Source: the human T2T-CHM13v2.0 reference genome, Homo sapiens. From it: a stretch of DNA of 64,000 bases. The stretch lies in the NCBI RefSeq assembly GCF_009914755.1, contig NC_060938.1; one strand, 5' to 3'. The translations under genes were made by a program, and so were the position numbers. The notes under the pieces are model-generated. The model saw nothing but the letters and a program-made list of their open reading frames with translations, was not told the origin of the DNA and did not search any database. How positions within the stretch are numbered: the first letter of the stretch is position 1; every line of letters begins with the position of its first letter. Shown here piece after piece: positions 37,796 through 52,059 of the stretch.

Positions 37796-37957
37796 GCTGG
37801 AGAGAAACATGAAAAAGAAAATGAAGAATTCACAGGGCAACTAAAAGTGGCTAAAGATGTTGAAAAACTCATTGGACAAGTGGAAATCTGGGAGGCAGAA
37901 GCCAAATCTGTTTTGGATCAAGATGATGTGGACACCTCAATGGAAGAATCTTTGAAG
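37796..37957 (+). CDS. SYNE2: Nesprin-2 exon (~19)
   Basis: ttgtag|GCT GGA...TTG AAG|gtatgt; 162 nt; AGEKHEKENEEFTGQLKVAKDVEKLIGQVEIWEAEAKSVLDQDDVDTSMEESLK. Confidence 0.95.
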
Positions 37958-38311
37958 GTATGTGTGTAAAAGTATTAAGAGGGTACTTTCATGGTTGTGC
38001 ATTTATGTTTTAAGTTAAATAAGAAGTTTTAAAGTAAGTAGTAATAAGCCTACAGTTTTAATTTTCTTTGTTGGGAGTTTTAAAAATGAATGGATTTTAT
38101 CCCTGGATCATTTGCTGTTATTTTGCTTGAAAGCAGAGGATAGATTAGGAGACCACTGATAATACCTATGAATGTTAAGCTCTTGGACTTATTTTCTTAG
38201 CTATAACATGGGGGTTAAAATATTTTCTTGCACCAGAGGACAATGAGGAGACGAGTGAGTTCAGTCTCATTATAGCTCAGTGCAGAGTACACGTAAGAGA
38301 TAATATAATCA

Positions 38312-38612
38312 GGCTGGGCGCGGTGGCTCACACCTGCAATCCCAGCACTTTGGGCGGTTGAAGTGGGTGGATCACAAGGTCAAGAGATAGAGACCATCCT
38401 GGCCAATATGGTGAAATCCCGTCTCTACTGAAAATACAAAAAATTAGCTGGACGTGGTGGCGCGCACGCCTGTAGTCCCAGCTCCTCGGGAGGCTGAGGC
38501 AGGAGAAATTGCTTGAACCCAGGAGGCGGAGGTTGCAGTGAGCCGAGATTGCACCACCGCACTCCAGCCTGGCGACAGGGTGAGACTCCTTCTGGGAAAA
38601 AAAAAAAAAGAA
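38312..38612 (+). mobile_element. Alu (Sc-like)
   Basis: gatcacaaggtcaagagatagagaccatcctggcc. Confidence 0.88.
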
Positions 38613-39424
38613 ATCATACAATCTATGCTTTGAAAGTTCACCCTCTGATGAAGCCACTCTCCTTTCCTTACTCAATGCAGGGAGAGTGACTCATGTTGTT
38701 AGATCTCCATTCTGTCTTTATTCTCAGGCAGTCAACTCATTGAAAGGCAGTGAGGCAAGAGTGTGTCTTAATATCACTTAGTTCTCCTGGGAGTTATCAT
38801 TGAGGTTTTTACTGAGTTCCAGCTCAGCTGTAAAACCTACAGAGCATAAGTTACAACAAGATGGGAAGTTCCTGGAATAAAAAGGAACATTTATATAATT
38901 TTTTAAGCCTACATTTCTGAAAGGTGTATATTTCAGCATTTTGTGTTTTCATTGTGTGATAGTTTTTATTGCTTTGAAAATATTATATAAATCTATCATG
39001 CCATCTCATCTGCCAGTGCTTTTCTGATTTTATTTTTAGTATTTATTTACTCTATCTGGAATTTATTTTCTTGAAAAAAATGAGGTAGAAATTAAATATT
39101 TAAAAATTTTTTAAATAATTTAAAAATTTTAGTGAACATACAAGCACACTGAAATATATTTCTATTAAGAAAGAATTAAGTAGATATTCATTGGATCAAA
39201 ATATTGGATCAAGATGTATTCTAAAGTAAGAAATGAAAGTTCCTAAACTGTGTGGATAATGAGATAATGTAATCTCATTTGTGGTTTTTAAACAGAGTTG
39301 TATTTTTATATGTAATACATTTATATTCATAGAAAAATATCTGTAAAGATATACCTGTAACTGAGTCTATCTTAATCCTGTGTTATGCTCAGCTCCTAGT
39401 ACATGGTAGACATAAAATAAATAT

Positions 39425-41290
<1,866 letters not shown>

Positions 41291-41750
41291 CAGCTTGGTT
41301 TTTATGGATAATGTCTTCTTTTTGTGGTTTCATATTTCTGACCCATTTGAAATTTATTTTTGTTATGATATATAAAGATTATTTTCCAACAGCTATTTTC
41401 CCCAGTAACATTTATTGAATTCTCCTCTCCACTACTTTGACATAGAACAAGATCATTTTAATATTTATTACCATTGTCTCAAGTTTCTTTCTATTGTCAT
41501 TGTATTACTTTCATTCTTTATTTTATTGAAGTGCTTACTGTATAAAGAATGATCCATAAAACATGTTCAGAATCTGATTGTATCAATATGAAATTTCAAA
41601 ATGACTCCTTAAAATATCATTTTTCAGAATGCAAATTTGCCTGATTTTGGATTAATAATGAACTTTTTTGGTTTCCTGAGATTGTTTTGATTAATGTTTA
41701 GCATATAATCAGAATGTTTATTGTGATCTCACTTCAATTTGTTTTAATAG

Positions 41751-41909
41751 CATCTTATTGCCAAAGGCTCTATGTTTGATGAGCTTATGGCAAGAAGTGA
41801 AGATATGTTACAAATGGATATACAAAATATTTCAAGCCAGGAGTCCTTTCAACATGTTCTCACAACTGGGCTTCAGGCAAAGATTCAAGAAGCTAAAGAG
41901 AAAGTCCAG
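41751..41909 (+). CDS. SYNE2: Nesprin-2 exon (~20)
   Basis: taatag|CAT CTT...GTC CAG|gtctct; 159 nt; HLIAKGSMFDELMARSEDMLQMDIQNISSQESFQHVLTTGLQAKIQEAKEKVQ. Confidence 0.94.
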
Positions 41910-42074
41910 GTCTCTCTTTAATATTCCCTATTTAGTAATTCTGTTCTCTAAAACTGAGGGGTCACTGAGTGGGCAGTGAAGGGGGGTGATAGCCCTGTAG
42001 CTTGGAAATGTTTTGTAAAATATTACTTTTGCATTATGTTTTATTTCTTTATAATTTAAAGCGTATCAGAAAAT

Positions 42075-42188
42075 ATAAGTATCATAAGTATCATAGTATA
42101 TAAGTATCAATTTGGATAGATATCTAAATTTAGATAGATTTATAATTTAGATAGATTTATCATAATTTAGATAGATATCTAAATATCT
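42075..42188. repeat. AT-rich short tandem array: (TAAGTATCA)-like units then (AATTTAGATAGAT..) x4
   Basis: Read directly in the 372-nt intron. Confidence 0.8.
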
Positions 42189-42281
42189 TTGTCTAGTGGG
42201 AAAATAACAAAGTATTTGTTAACTTAAGAATTTATTAAGAATTGGTCCCCGTGTTAATTTGAGAATTTTTTTGTCTTCAAG

Positions 42282-42455
42282 ATCAATGTGGTAAAACTCA
42301 TTGCAGCGTTGAAGAACTTAACTGACGTTTCACCAGATTTGGACATCAGGCTGAAGATGGAAGAATCCCAGAAGGAACTTGAATCATATATGATGAGGGC
42401 TCAGCAGTTACTGGGGCAAAGAGAGAGCCCCGGTGAACTCATTTCAAAACACAAG
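42282..42455 (+). CDS. SYNE2: Nesprin-2 exon (~21)
   Basis: ttcaag|ATC AAT...CAC AAG|gtggga; 174 nt; INVVKLIAALKNLTDVSPDLDIRLKMEESQKELESYMMRAQQLLGQRESPGELISKHK. Confidence 0.94.
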
Positions 42456-43619
42456 GTGGGAATCTTTTCAACCATCAAATGTAGGACATTATTGTTAACT
42501 GCCTATCTTGTTTGAAATCAAGATGTTTCCTTCACTGTAATTATATACTGAGTTACTGTAACTTAAAAAGAATTTCCCAGTATTCTATATTGTTCCCCTG
42601 AGGTTATTAAACGTAAGTATTCAAGTATAGAATTTTTTTATTCAAATTTTATTGTGGATCTGCTGAATGTACTCAGTGATACGGTGTAAAGAGTGCAGCC
42701 GACTCTATGACATTGAACAAGAATTTAATTTCTCTGGCTTTTTAATTTGTAAAATTGGCATAATAATTCCAGCCCTATCCAGCTGTCGGATTTGTTGTGA
42801 GGCTTTAAGTGAAAATAAGGTACGTGAAGTTACTTTGCATACATTCTCTGAATGTAAAAAAAACCATTATTATTAAAATACTTTGATAAAAGTTATTCAT
42901 GGAAGCATACTTTTCTATAGTTAAAGACCCAATAATGTTTTGTATGGAGACAGTTTCAGGTTGATTTTTATGGTTTGATAGGCTGAGGTTGCAGCTTAAG
43001 ATGTCACCAAACCAGAGACTCACTATTAATTAACATGGTGGGAGGTGCTTGGGGGATTAGAAGCAAAGCTAAATGCCTCTACCTTGGAGCAAATTGGAGA
43101 GGTAGAGTAATACTTTTTTTCATTCATATTCAGCATTTAGCACACTTTATTGAACACTTATAATGAGCTGGGCATTTAGGGGAAATAAAGATGCAGGAAG
43201 GCATTGCCCCATTCCTGCGCCTACTCTTTATGAAAGGGCGCCCTATAGGAGTCTCTCTTCATTCTCATCACGGCCTCTGTCTGTCTTCTGGGCCTCAACC
43301 CTGTTTTGGCCTACTGGATTTGCTAACCACGCTGGGGCCCTGTTGTCAGTCATTTCAGCATTGCTTTTCCTATGACCTTAGTAGCCCTTGTCTGCTTGAT
43401 CTCACGCCGTTTGAATTTTGCTAGCTGCCACCTTCAACCACTTCCCTCTGTTTTTTATTTTCACTTTTACTCCTAGGTTCCTGAAAGTACTAAATTGACC
43501 TTAAGAATGAATGCTTGTTTTAAACGATGGTGAGGCTGGATTCTAGGTGGGTAGAGATGGTCTGGTCAGGAAAAAGAGAAGGAAAAAAAAAATAGAGGGT
43601 CCTAGTCTCCCTCTTTGAA

Positions 43620-44750
43620 TTTTTATTTTTCTTAGAGACAGGGTCTCACTCTGTCACCCAGGCTGGAGTTCAGTGGTGCTGTCTCAGCTCACTGCAGCCT
43701 CCAACTCCTGGGCTCAAGCTATCCTCCTGCCTCAGCCTCCAAGTAGCTGGTACTACAGGCAAACACCACTACGCCCAGCTAATTTAAAAAAATTTTTTTT
43801 ATAGAGAAAGGGTCTCACTCTGTTGGTCAAGGCTGGTCTCAAACTCCTGGCCTCAAGTGATCCTCCCATGTCGGTCTCCCAAAGTGCTGGGATTATGGAC
43901 GTGAGCCACTGTGCCCAGCTTCTTGGCTCCTTTACCAGAGAAGGGCTGGAGGTGTCAGTTTTCACACCATTTTCCTCTCCCTGACCTTCTTCCTTTTGGT
44001 TTTCCCCCATTTTGCCAATGGCATTTAGTCAAGTGGATACACTCTCACAACAGAAGCAAGATCCCTGCCCTGGTAGGCATGCACACATGGGCAGTGGGAG
44101 CTCCCAGCTATGAATAGCATACAGGGTAAAAGTGTGTCCCCAGGTCATAAATCTAGCAGTCCTCAAGGAGGCCTTGGAGGAGAGCCCTGGAGCTCAGCAT
44201 TGTGCCTTACCTGCAGCCGGTCCATAAAAATGTGTAATGAGTGAATGAGCGAATTCCCACCCTGCTTAGCTTCTCCCGGAGTTATTCATCTTCTCTCTCC
44301 TGTAGGTTTTCTGCCTTTTTCACACACAGGCCCCGACCTGTTTTTTTGTTCTGTCATTCGCTAGTTACCTAGGCCAGGTTTCTGTTCCTGTAGAGTATGT
44401 CAGGTTAGGAGCAGACACATACCTGTCAGGGCTGTTCCCATTCTTGTGTACTGCTGGGGAGGAACTGCCAACATGAGTGGCCCTGGGCAAAACTTTGAAG
44501 TTGATGGTGAAACAAATTGGCCTCCTTTCAGCATAACTGCTTATGCACGATAGTTAACCTTTCTATAAATTTTGTCTTGGCCAGGCATGTGGCTCACACC
44601 TATAATCCCAGCATTTTGGGAGGTTGAGGTGGGAGGCTTGCTTGATCCCAGGAGTTTGAGGTTTCAGTGAATTGTGATTGTGCCACTGCACTTCAGCCTA
44701 GGTGACAGATCGCGATCCTATCTCAAAACAAAAAACAAAACGAAACAAAA
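43620..44750. mobile_element. Antisense Alu (43620-43920) and sense Alu monomer (44579-44750)
   Basis: Alu consensus. Confidence 0.85.
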
Positions 44751-45174
44751 CTGTGATATACTCTTCATATTATATTGCTTCTGAAGTATGGTTGTCTGCT
44801 CAATACTTAAGAACTTTAGAGGAAACTTAGCCAGGGGCTCATTAACCCTGTACAGTGAACTTTATAATTACTTATCAATGGGGTAACAAAAATCATTTTG
44901 AATATCATAAAGGTATCTTAATCTGGGCCTTATGTGTAACTACATTTGAATAATAAATATTTTGGCACTCTTTTGAAAAGAATTTAAGAGATTTCAAAGG
45001 GCTAGCAACCTCGATTTACAAAGAGAAGTCTCCTATAAATCTTCAGATATTCTTCAGAGAGCACCTTCCCACTTTACCAGTTAAAGACATACCAAAATTA
45101 GCTTAGAGGATTTTGAGGATTTGGCAGTAGAATGAGGCTTTTATGATTTTGTTTGCAATTTTTTTTTTTTTTAG

Positions 45175-45309
45175 GAAGCACTAATAATTTCTAATACAAA
45201 AAGTCTGGCCAAGTATTTGAAAGCTGTTGAAGAACTAAAAAATAATGTAACTGAGGACATAAAGATGTCTTTAGAAGAAAAGAGTAGAGATGTCTGTGCC
45301 AAATGGGAG
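45175..45309 (+). CDS. SYNE2: Nesprin-2 exon (~22)
   Basis: T14-ag|GAA GCA...TGG GAG|gtaaga; 135 nt; EALIISNTKSLAKYLKAVEELKNNVTEDIKMSLEEKSRDVCAKWE. Confidence 0.95.
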
Positions 45310-46383
45310 GTAAGAACATGCATATGTTTCTGAACTTACGTTTTTATATGTCTGATCCTGGGCTGTTGGTTGTCAGAGCCATTCCTGGGGTTTTCCTGTC
45401 TACGTTGTATCACCAGTGGGCTGGTCCCTGCAGGCTGAAGTCCCAGGGTTCATACAGAGTTTCATAGCGGAATAGGTCTAGGCTTTGGTGGCAGACAAAC
45501 CTGGATTCAGCAGCTATGACCCTGGGCAAGGTACTTAACTTTTAGGAGCCTCCCTGATAAAAATGGGGTAACACCACCTACTGGGCAGAATTGATGCAAG
45601 GATTTATAGAAAGCATCTACCACTGAGATTATGTTCTGGTAATTAATGGCAATTAATATTAAATGATAATATTGAAATGTGTAATTAATGTGATAATTAA
45701 AATGTGTGTGTCTATATATCTATGTCTATGTAAGTGGATTGAATATGTACTGTTAAGGATCCTCCTAAAACTCATTTTAAAATAAACTTTATTACTTTAG
45801 AATAGTTTTAGATTTACGGAATTACTGTAAAGATGGTGCAGAGAGTTCCAGTGTACCCCACGCCCAGATTCCTCTGTTATCAGCATCTTACCTTAGTATA
45901 GTATCGTTGATACGATTACTGGGTCAATGTTAATACATTATTTTTTCTAGCAGTTTACCCTGACAGAGTGATACATTAGTATTAACTAAAGTTTGCACTT
46001 TATTTACCTTTTCACAGTTTTCCTCAGATGTTCTTTCTGTCTGTTCCAGAATCTTATCCAGGATATACATTACATTTACTTATGTCTCCTTGGGCTCAGT
46101 TATCTGTTTTGCATAGTTTCCCTCAGTCTGTAGCTTGTCTTTTCATTTTCTTAACAGTGCCTTTCACAGCTAAAATACATTTTTATTTGTTAGAAAAAAA
46201 AACCATGTTTATGAGCCTGGGATGTTTTAAAACATCTCCCCCCAAAATACATGGATGAATCAGAATGGCACTTAAGCTTTGTTTCTGTCCTTTTGTCACT
46301 ACACATATATTTATTGTTACTATAAATACTTTTTTGTATATTTTGTTCTCATGGTTAATATATTCCTTTGATTTTTTTTGTAG

Positions 46384-46542
46384 TCTCTTCATCATGAACT
46401 GTCTTTATATGTTCAACAACTAAAAATAGATATTGAAAAAGGAAAGCTTAGTGACAATATTTTAAAACTTGAAAAGCAAATAAATAAAGAAAAGAAACTT
46501 ATCCGTAGAGGAAGGACCAAGGGTCTCATCAAAGAACATGAG
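46384..46542 (+). CDS. SYNE2: Nesprin-2 exon (~23)
   Basis: ttgtag|TCT CTT...CAT GAG|gtacaa; 159 nt; SLHHELSLYVQQLKIDIEKGKLSDNILKLEKQINKEKKLIRRGRTKGLIKEHE. Confidence 0.95.
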
Positions 46543-47062
46543 GTACAATAAAGTGTTTCCACTTAAATTTTGTCATCATTTTGGGGTTTATCTTAAATGG
46601 TTGTGTGTATCTTTAGCCTAGGATGAAAACTGTTCTGAAAATTACCCTAGCCCTCCTCTCCCCGGGGATGATCACTTCTTTGCTTCACACTCGCAGCAGA
46701 GCCTGTACTTCTTACTTTTTAGAAGTGAGAAAATTCGGCACTGAGTTAATATTTTATGATTTCCCTTGATGTGTCTCAGTGGCCCCTGTCCTCAGACTCT
46801 GGTCACAAATGTGTCAACTGTTACTAAAGTACCCACAGTTGGCTTTTGTCAGGACACAGTGTCCTCAGAAGCACAGCTTTTGAGAAAACGAGCAAATCAG
46901 GGTACAAAGCAGCTGGGGCAAATCTCATGATCTTTTTTTGGTCTCTATCCTATTTGATTGCTTTTATGTATTTGACATTCCTGACCCTTTTTTCATTTCT
47001 TTTTAAGTTTCTACTGTTGTGGCTCTCCCACTGTCAGTCTCTCTTGCTTTATATAATTCTAT

Positions 47063-47070
47063 ATCTATCC

Positions 47071-47107
<37 letters not shown>
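47063..47107. repeat. (TCTA)n tetranucleotide STR
   Basis: atctatccatctatctatctatctatct... Confidence 0.95.
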
Positions 47108-47279
47108 GATATATATAAACAGATATAGATGTAGATATGTAAATATATAGCGATATATAATTTGCAGTGAGTACTTTTTAGTGTCTTCACAAATATTCCT
47201 TTTTATTCTATTAATGTTTTGCTTTTGAAGAAGGGGTCTCCACCTCCACTTTTGGCTAATTCCGTGCTTCCCTTAGGCG

Positions 47280-48195
47280 ATTTTATGCACTCTGGGGTTT
47301 GACCTGCCTTCTCTGCAATGATAGTGCGTCAATTTTTCTCTCCAGCTGAGTCCTTTCACCTGAATTCTATGTTCTATTTCTCACTGACTAGTAGATATCA
47401 CCAGTGTTTTTCGGAGAACTCAAATTCAGCAAGCTCAAAACTGAACGAATAATATCTCCTCTCAAAGGTTCATTTTATATTCTGCCTACTGGTAATGAAT
47501 GGCATTGCTGTCTCATGACGCCCTTCCTCTCCTTCCTCCCTTCCTTTCCACTCAGCCTTAATTAAATCTGTTGCCAAGCCCCATCTGGGATTCTTCAGAA
47601 CAGCTTCTTCCTTCCCAGTGGTGTTGCCAGTTACCTAAGCCAGGGTTCTTTTCTCAGAATGATGATGGTTGCTTCATCTCATCTTCCGTACCAGCACCAG
47701 AGTTGTCCTTTTGAGCCACAAATCCTATGTCACCAGTTCCCCATACCCCCAGGACAATTCCAGGCATCTTAGAAGGCCACTTAGTTCCTTCACTGCCTGG
47801 TCCAGGAAACCCCTTTAGCATCCCTCCTGCTGTGCCGTGTACTCCAGCCCCACTGGAGTTCTGGTCCTTTGAGACACCTGGTGCTTTTCATTATCTTCGT
47901 GCTTTTCGTCCTCTTGGTGGTCCTTCTGCTAGAAATAACCTCTCTCCCCTTTTACTTGGAGAACTTGTCCTTATTTCTTCCACATATAGCTCAGATGCTT
48001 CCCTCTTGTGAGGCAAGCTTTCTCTGACTCCTTCAGGCGGGTAGGCTCTATCATAACACTTAGCACACTCTGTGCTGGTTCTTTGTCTGTCTAGGTTACT
48101 GAACCGGAAATTCCTTTAGAGCTGACTCTCTCATCTTTTTTTCTCTAGCGCCTATTGTCATAGCATGTAGATGGCCTATACAAGAACACATTGTT
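47280..48195 (+). mobile_element. L2 fragment
   Basis: aactcaaattcagcaagctcaaaactgaac... and the 3' pyrimidine-rich L2 pattern. Confidence 0.55.
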
Positions 48196-48286
48196 AAAAC
48201 TACACACATCTGTTAGTTTCTAGTCCTTATGGAATAATCATGTAAACTCACCAGAAGCACATTTCCTGCTTTATTTCTTCAATTAG

Positions 48287-48498
48287 GCCTGCTTTTCTGA
48301 GGAAGGCTGCCTGTACCAGCTTAATCACCACATGGAAGTCCTGAGGGAGCTGTGTGAAGAGCTGCCTTCACAGAAGAGTCAACAAGAAGTGAAGAGACTA
48401 CTCAAAGATTATGAACAAAAGATAGAAAGACTTCTGAAATGTGCTTCCGAGATTCATATGACACTGCAGCCCACAGCGGGAGGCACGTCGAAAAACGA
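48287..48498 (+). CDS. SYNE2: Nesprin-2 exon (~24)
   Basis: aattag|GCC TGC...AAC GA|gttagt; 212 nt; ACFSEEGCLYQLNHHMEVLRELCEELPSQKSQQEVKRLLKDYEQKIERLLKCASEIHMTLQPTAGGTSKN(E). Confidence 0.95.
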
Positions 48499-48640
48499 GT
48501 TAGTACTTCATAAGAATAGCTACCCTTCAGGATAAAACGAAGCCTTTTGCACGATCAAATGACATTAAGCGTTAGTCATGCTTGTTTAGGTTTCATTTTT
48601 CTTACCCTCTTTTAAACATGCAATTTTGATTCCTTTCTAG

Positions 48641-48731
48641 GGGGACCATCACCACATCTGAGAATAGAGGAGGGGATCCCCACAGTGAGGCACCATTTGC
48701 AAAATCAGATAATCAGCCATCAACTGAAAAG
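48641..48731 (+). CDS. SYNE2: Nesprin-2 exon (~25)
   Basis: ttctag|G GGG ACC...GAA AAG|gtgtta; 91 nt; GTITTSENRGGDPHSEAPFAKSDNQPSTEK; follows a 142-nt intron. Confidence 0.93.
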
Positions 48732-49558
48732 GTGTTAAATGTGGATAATGTATTTTAGAAGTAAACCCAAAGTAAAAGACCAAGTGTACAATAATTCACT
48801 TCTCATTAATTAGGTGTTGGTTTTAATTATTCGATTGTTTTTATCAATGGAGAATTTCCACTTACACAATGCAAAAGACTGATTTTCAAAGGAGAATGCA
48901 ACTAACCAAAGCTACAGTGAGCATAACCTAATCTTCTTCTGAGTATACAAATAGTTCTTTCAAGCAGAGACCCTTTTGAACCATTATGAATACTGATTAT
49001 CTGTGTATATTGTTATTGAGGGTAGAAGAGGTTGAGCTTGATCTGTACAGATGTTTCCATTTCATTGAGATGAACAAGTTCATTTATCATTTGCCTTTTC
49101 TTCTGCTGCATTATAATGTATTTCATTTTCTGTGGGAATTGAATTTTCTAAATTCCTGAAGTCTAGATAATTTGGTATTTACTGTGTGTTACAGTCCAGA
49201 CTGTCAATCAGATCATGTGGAGGAAGGAATGAGATGAGGTGGATTTGTTTTTAGAGGTCTGCTCCTGCATGGTAGGCTTCTGTCTACTTTTGACTATGGG
49301 TATGGAGTCTCAGGCAGAAATAGCATTTTGGGGCTGGGAGTCTTCCTTTACCATGCTGCCATACCAGTTAGAAGGTGAGACTCTCCTCTGTCCTACGGAA
49401 AGACTTTTCTCTGAGCTGAGACATCTCAAAGAAATTGTATTATCTCCTGGTTTGAGGTATAAAGAATCAATGATACATTTTTGAACATAAGCATTTATCT
49501 TTTCCAGATAAAAAGTATGTTTAAGATATTTCGTTTACTATTTTGCATATTCCCTTAG

Positions 49559-49668
49559 GCAATGGAACCCACTATGAAGTTTAGCCTGGCATCAGTGTTA
49601 AGGCCTCTGCAAGAAGAAAGCATTATGGAAAAGGATTACAGTGCATCTATAAATAGTTTACTAGAGAG
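49559..49668 (+). CDS. SYNE2: Nesprin-2 exon (~26)
   Basis: ccttag|GCA ATG...GAG AG|gtaaac; 110 nt; AMEPTMKFSLASVLRPLQEESIMEKDYSASINSLLE(R). Confidence 0.94.
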
Positions 49669-49914
49669 GTAAACTCTTTTTAAAAACAACTGGAAAATCC
49701 ACCAGAAGTCTTTCATCGATGCAAACATGTTAGACTTTTTAAAAGTTTTATTTTCATTTAGTCGTCATTTTGCATATGATCCAGTAACTTAGAAATTCTA
49801 TGGTATTTTCTCACACGCAGTTGACAGTAATTTTAAAATATTTCTTTGTGTTATTTTATTTTTCTTATTTTTTTGTTTGTTTTTTGTTTATCTTTGTGTT
49901 ATTTTATTTTTAAT

Positions 49915-50202
49915 ATTTTAGGACAGAGTGTCGTTCTGTCGCCCAGGCTGGAGTGCAGTGGCGCCATCTTGGCTTGCTGCAGCCTCCGCCTCCCAGGATC
50001 AAGTGATTCTCCTGCCTCAGCCTCCTGAGTAGCTGAGATTATAGACACCCGCCACCATGCCCAGCTAATTTTTTGTAGTTTTAGTAGAGATGAGGTTTCG
50101 CCATGTTGGCCAGGCTGGTCTCAAACTCCTGACCTCAGGCAATCCACCCGCCTTGGCCTCCCAAAGTGCTAGGATTACAGGTGTGAGCCACTGCGCTTGG
50201 CC
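49915..50202 (-). mobile_element. Alu ending ~50 nt before an acceptor
   Basis: Alu consensus; flank tgtgttatttta. Confidence 0.88.
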
Positions 50203-50253
50203 TGTGTTATTTTAAAAATTAACTATTGTGATGTTGCATTTCATTTTGCCCAG

Positions 50254-50380
50254 GTATGATACATACAGAGATATTCTTGAACACCACCTGCAAAACAACA
50301 AATTCAGGATTACTTCTGATTTCTCTAGTGAAGAGGACAGGAGTAGTTCTTGTCTGCAGGCTAAACTGACAGATCTACAG
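50254..50380 (+). CDS. SYNE2: Nesprin-2 exon (~27)
   Basis: gcccag|G TAT GAT...CTA CAG|gtaatt; 127 nt; YDTYRDILEHHLQNNKFRITSDFSSEEDRSSSCLQAKLTDLQ. Confidence 0.94.
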
Positions 50381-51901
50381 GTAATTACCAAAAATATTAT
50401 TTCTCTGATTATCTTGTTTATTAGAAAATAGTACCACTGTGAGTCTGGACATCCCCTTTTCTGTTGAGGTCACATATGCTAAATGTTTCCAAAGAACTCT
50501 CTTTGCTGGATTGCATTTCTAGTGTCACCCTAGTCCATAAAGTGATTTTCTTTCAGGTACCAACCCCAGGAAAGGCTTTGGTTTAGGGTCTTAATTTACT
50601 GCTTATACTCTAATCTGGTACTCCAGATATTGTGGCTTGAATAGTTTTTGTTTATTTCTTTCTTTTTATGCTTCAGGCTTCAAGGGAATTGATCAAAAAC
50701 AATGTGTTTGAAGGGAATTTCATCCTGCTCCTGGGTTGCTCCAAAGTCAACCAGCCAGTGACTCTGAATGTTTGTTTCAGTCCTTCATCATCTTTACCAA
50801 ATTATCACATTGTCTAAAATTGCTGTACAGTGATTGCTGACTGTCTGATGTTGGGCATTTAGGGCACTGGAGGGAGTTTTCACTCTAAATGATGGATTCT
50901 CCTCCTAAAAAGCCTTCAGTGGAAGTTATTGCAGTTGACTCAGAAACAACAGAAAGAAGCAATCTATTAGTGGTTGGCACACAAATCACAACTTCTACAA
51001 ATAATATCTTTCCTATTAAAGATGATCTGTGCATTGCAGTGCATCATTCTTGATGCACGCCCTGAGTGCATTAGAGGGAACCCTCACAGATGGAGGGCCA
51101 TAGGTAGTTCCTACAACATCCTTCCATGTTTTCTAGTTTCTTTTATCTTATTATACCAGGTCTCAGTCACTCCACCATCTGGCTGCTCTCCATTTTTCAT
51201 CTGAATAAGCAAAATTTATATGTTAAAATCCCTGTTGCTCAAGTGATGGATTTAGCATGTTTTCATCACAATTAAGCAACTGTCTTGAGACGTTTCTCCA
51301 GTGACCGAATAATGAGTTGGTTAGAAAAACTATACTAATCTTTGGGTAAAGTGAAGAACAAATTATACTGCTGATTGCTGATCTGTCAGTAGTATTGTAT
51401 AGCAGTGCCTTACCAAAAAAAGCATCAAGATAAGGAGCTGGAATAGTATAGAATTATAGATGTTAATTATAAACCATAAATTAATTTAAGTTACTTCTTA
51501 TTTATGTAGAAACAGTTTTGGTTCACTTCAGTTTTCTTTTAGTTTAGAAGGTAAGAAAGATTTCCTATCCAGAGAAAACAGAATATCTGTTCTTACATGT
51601 ATGTATTTTTCTGAATTGTATTCTATGTAATTACCTTAGGGGAAGGGAGTTTGGGTACCTTTGAAAGCTGCCTTGTCGACTCCCTTGACTTTACTGAATG
51701 GGTCCTCTGAGAGCACAGTTAATGTCCTTGTTCCCTAAAGGATAGTTCACTTGTAGGTGGTTGGAAAGTATTTTTAAACACATTTACATATGAAACATTG
51801 TGTTTGCTTCCACAGTTGGTGAATGTCTCATGTTTTAAGAACAGAATAATTGTGTCTATTAACCCCATTAGTTGATAAATTAATTTATGTGTTCCATCTA
51901 G

Positions 51902-52059
51902 GTCATAAAAAATGAAACTGATGCTCGCTGGAAAGAGTTTGAAATTATTTCATTGAAGTTAGAAAATCATGTGAATGACATAAAAAAGCCTTTTGTAATT
52001 AAGGAAAGAGACACACTAAAGGAAAGAGAAAGAGAGCTTCAGATGACTCTTAATACCAG
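51902..52059 (+). CDS. SYNE2: Nesprin-2 exon (~28)
   Basis: atctag|GTC ATA...ACC AG|gtaaaa; 158 nt; VIKNETDARWKEFEIISLKLENHVNDIKKPFVIKERDTLKERERELQMTLNT(R). Confidence 0.94.

Noticed and set aside
39093-39131. AT-only quasi-palindrome
   Set aside because: Expected by chance in low-complexity AT-rich sequence.
42075-42188. CRISPR-like repeat array
   Set aside because: Eukaryotic intron; units are short and adjacent with no unique spacers.
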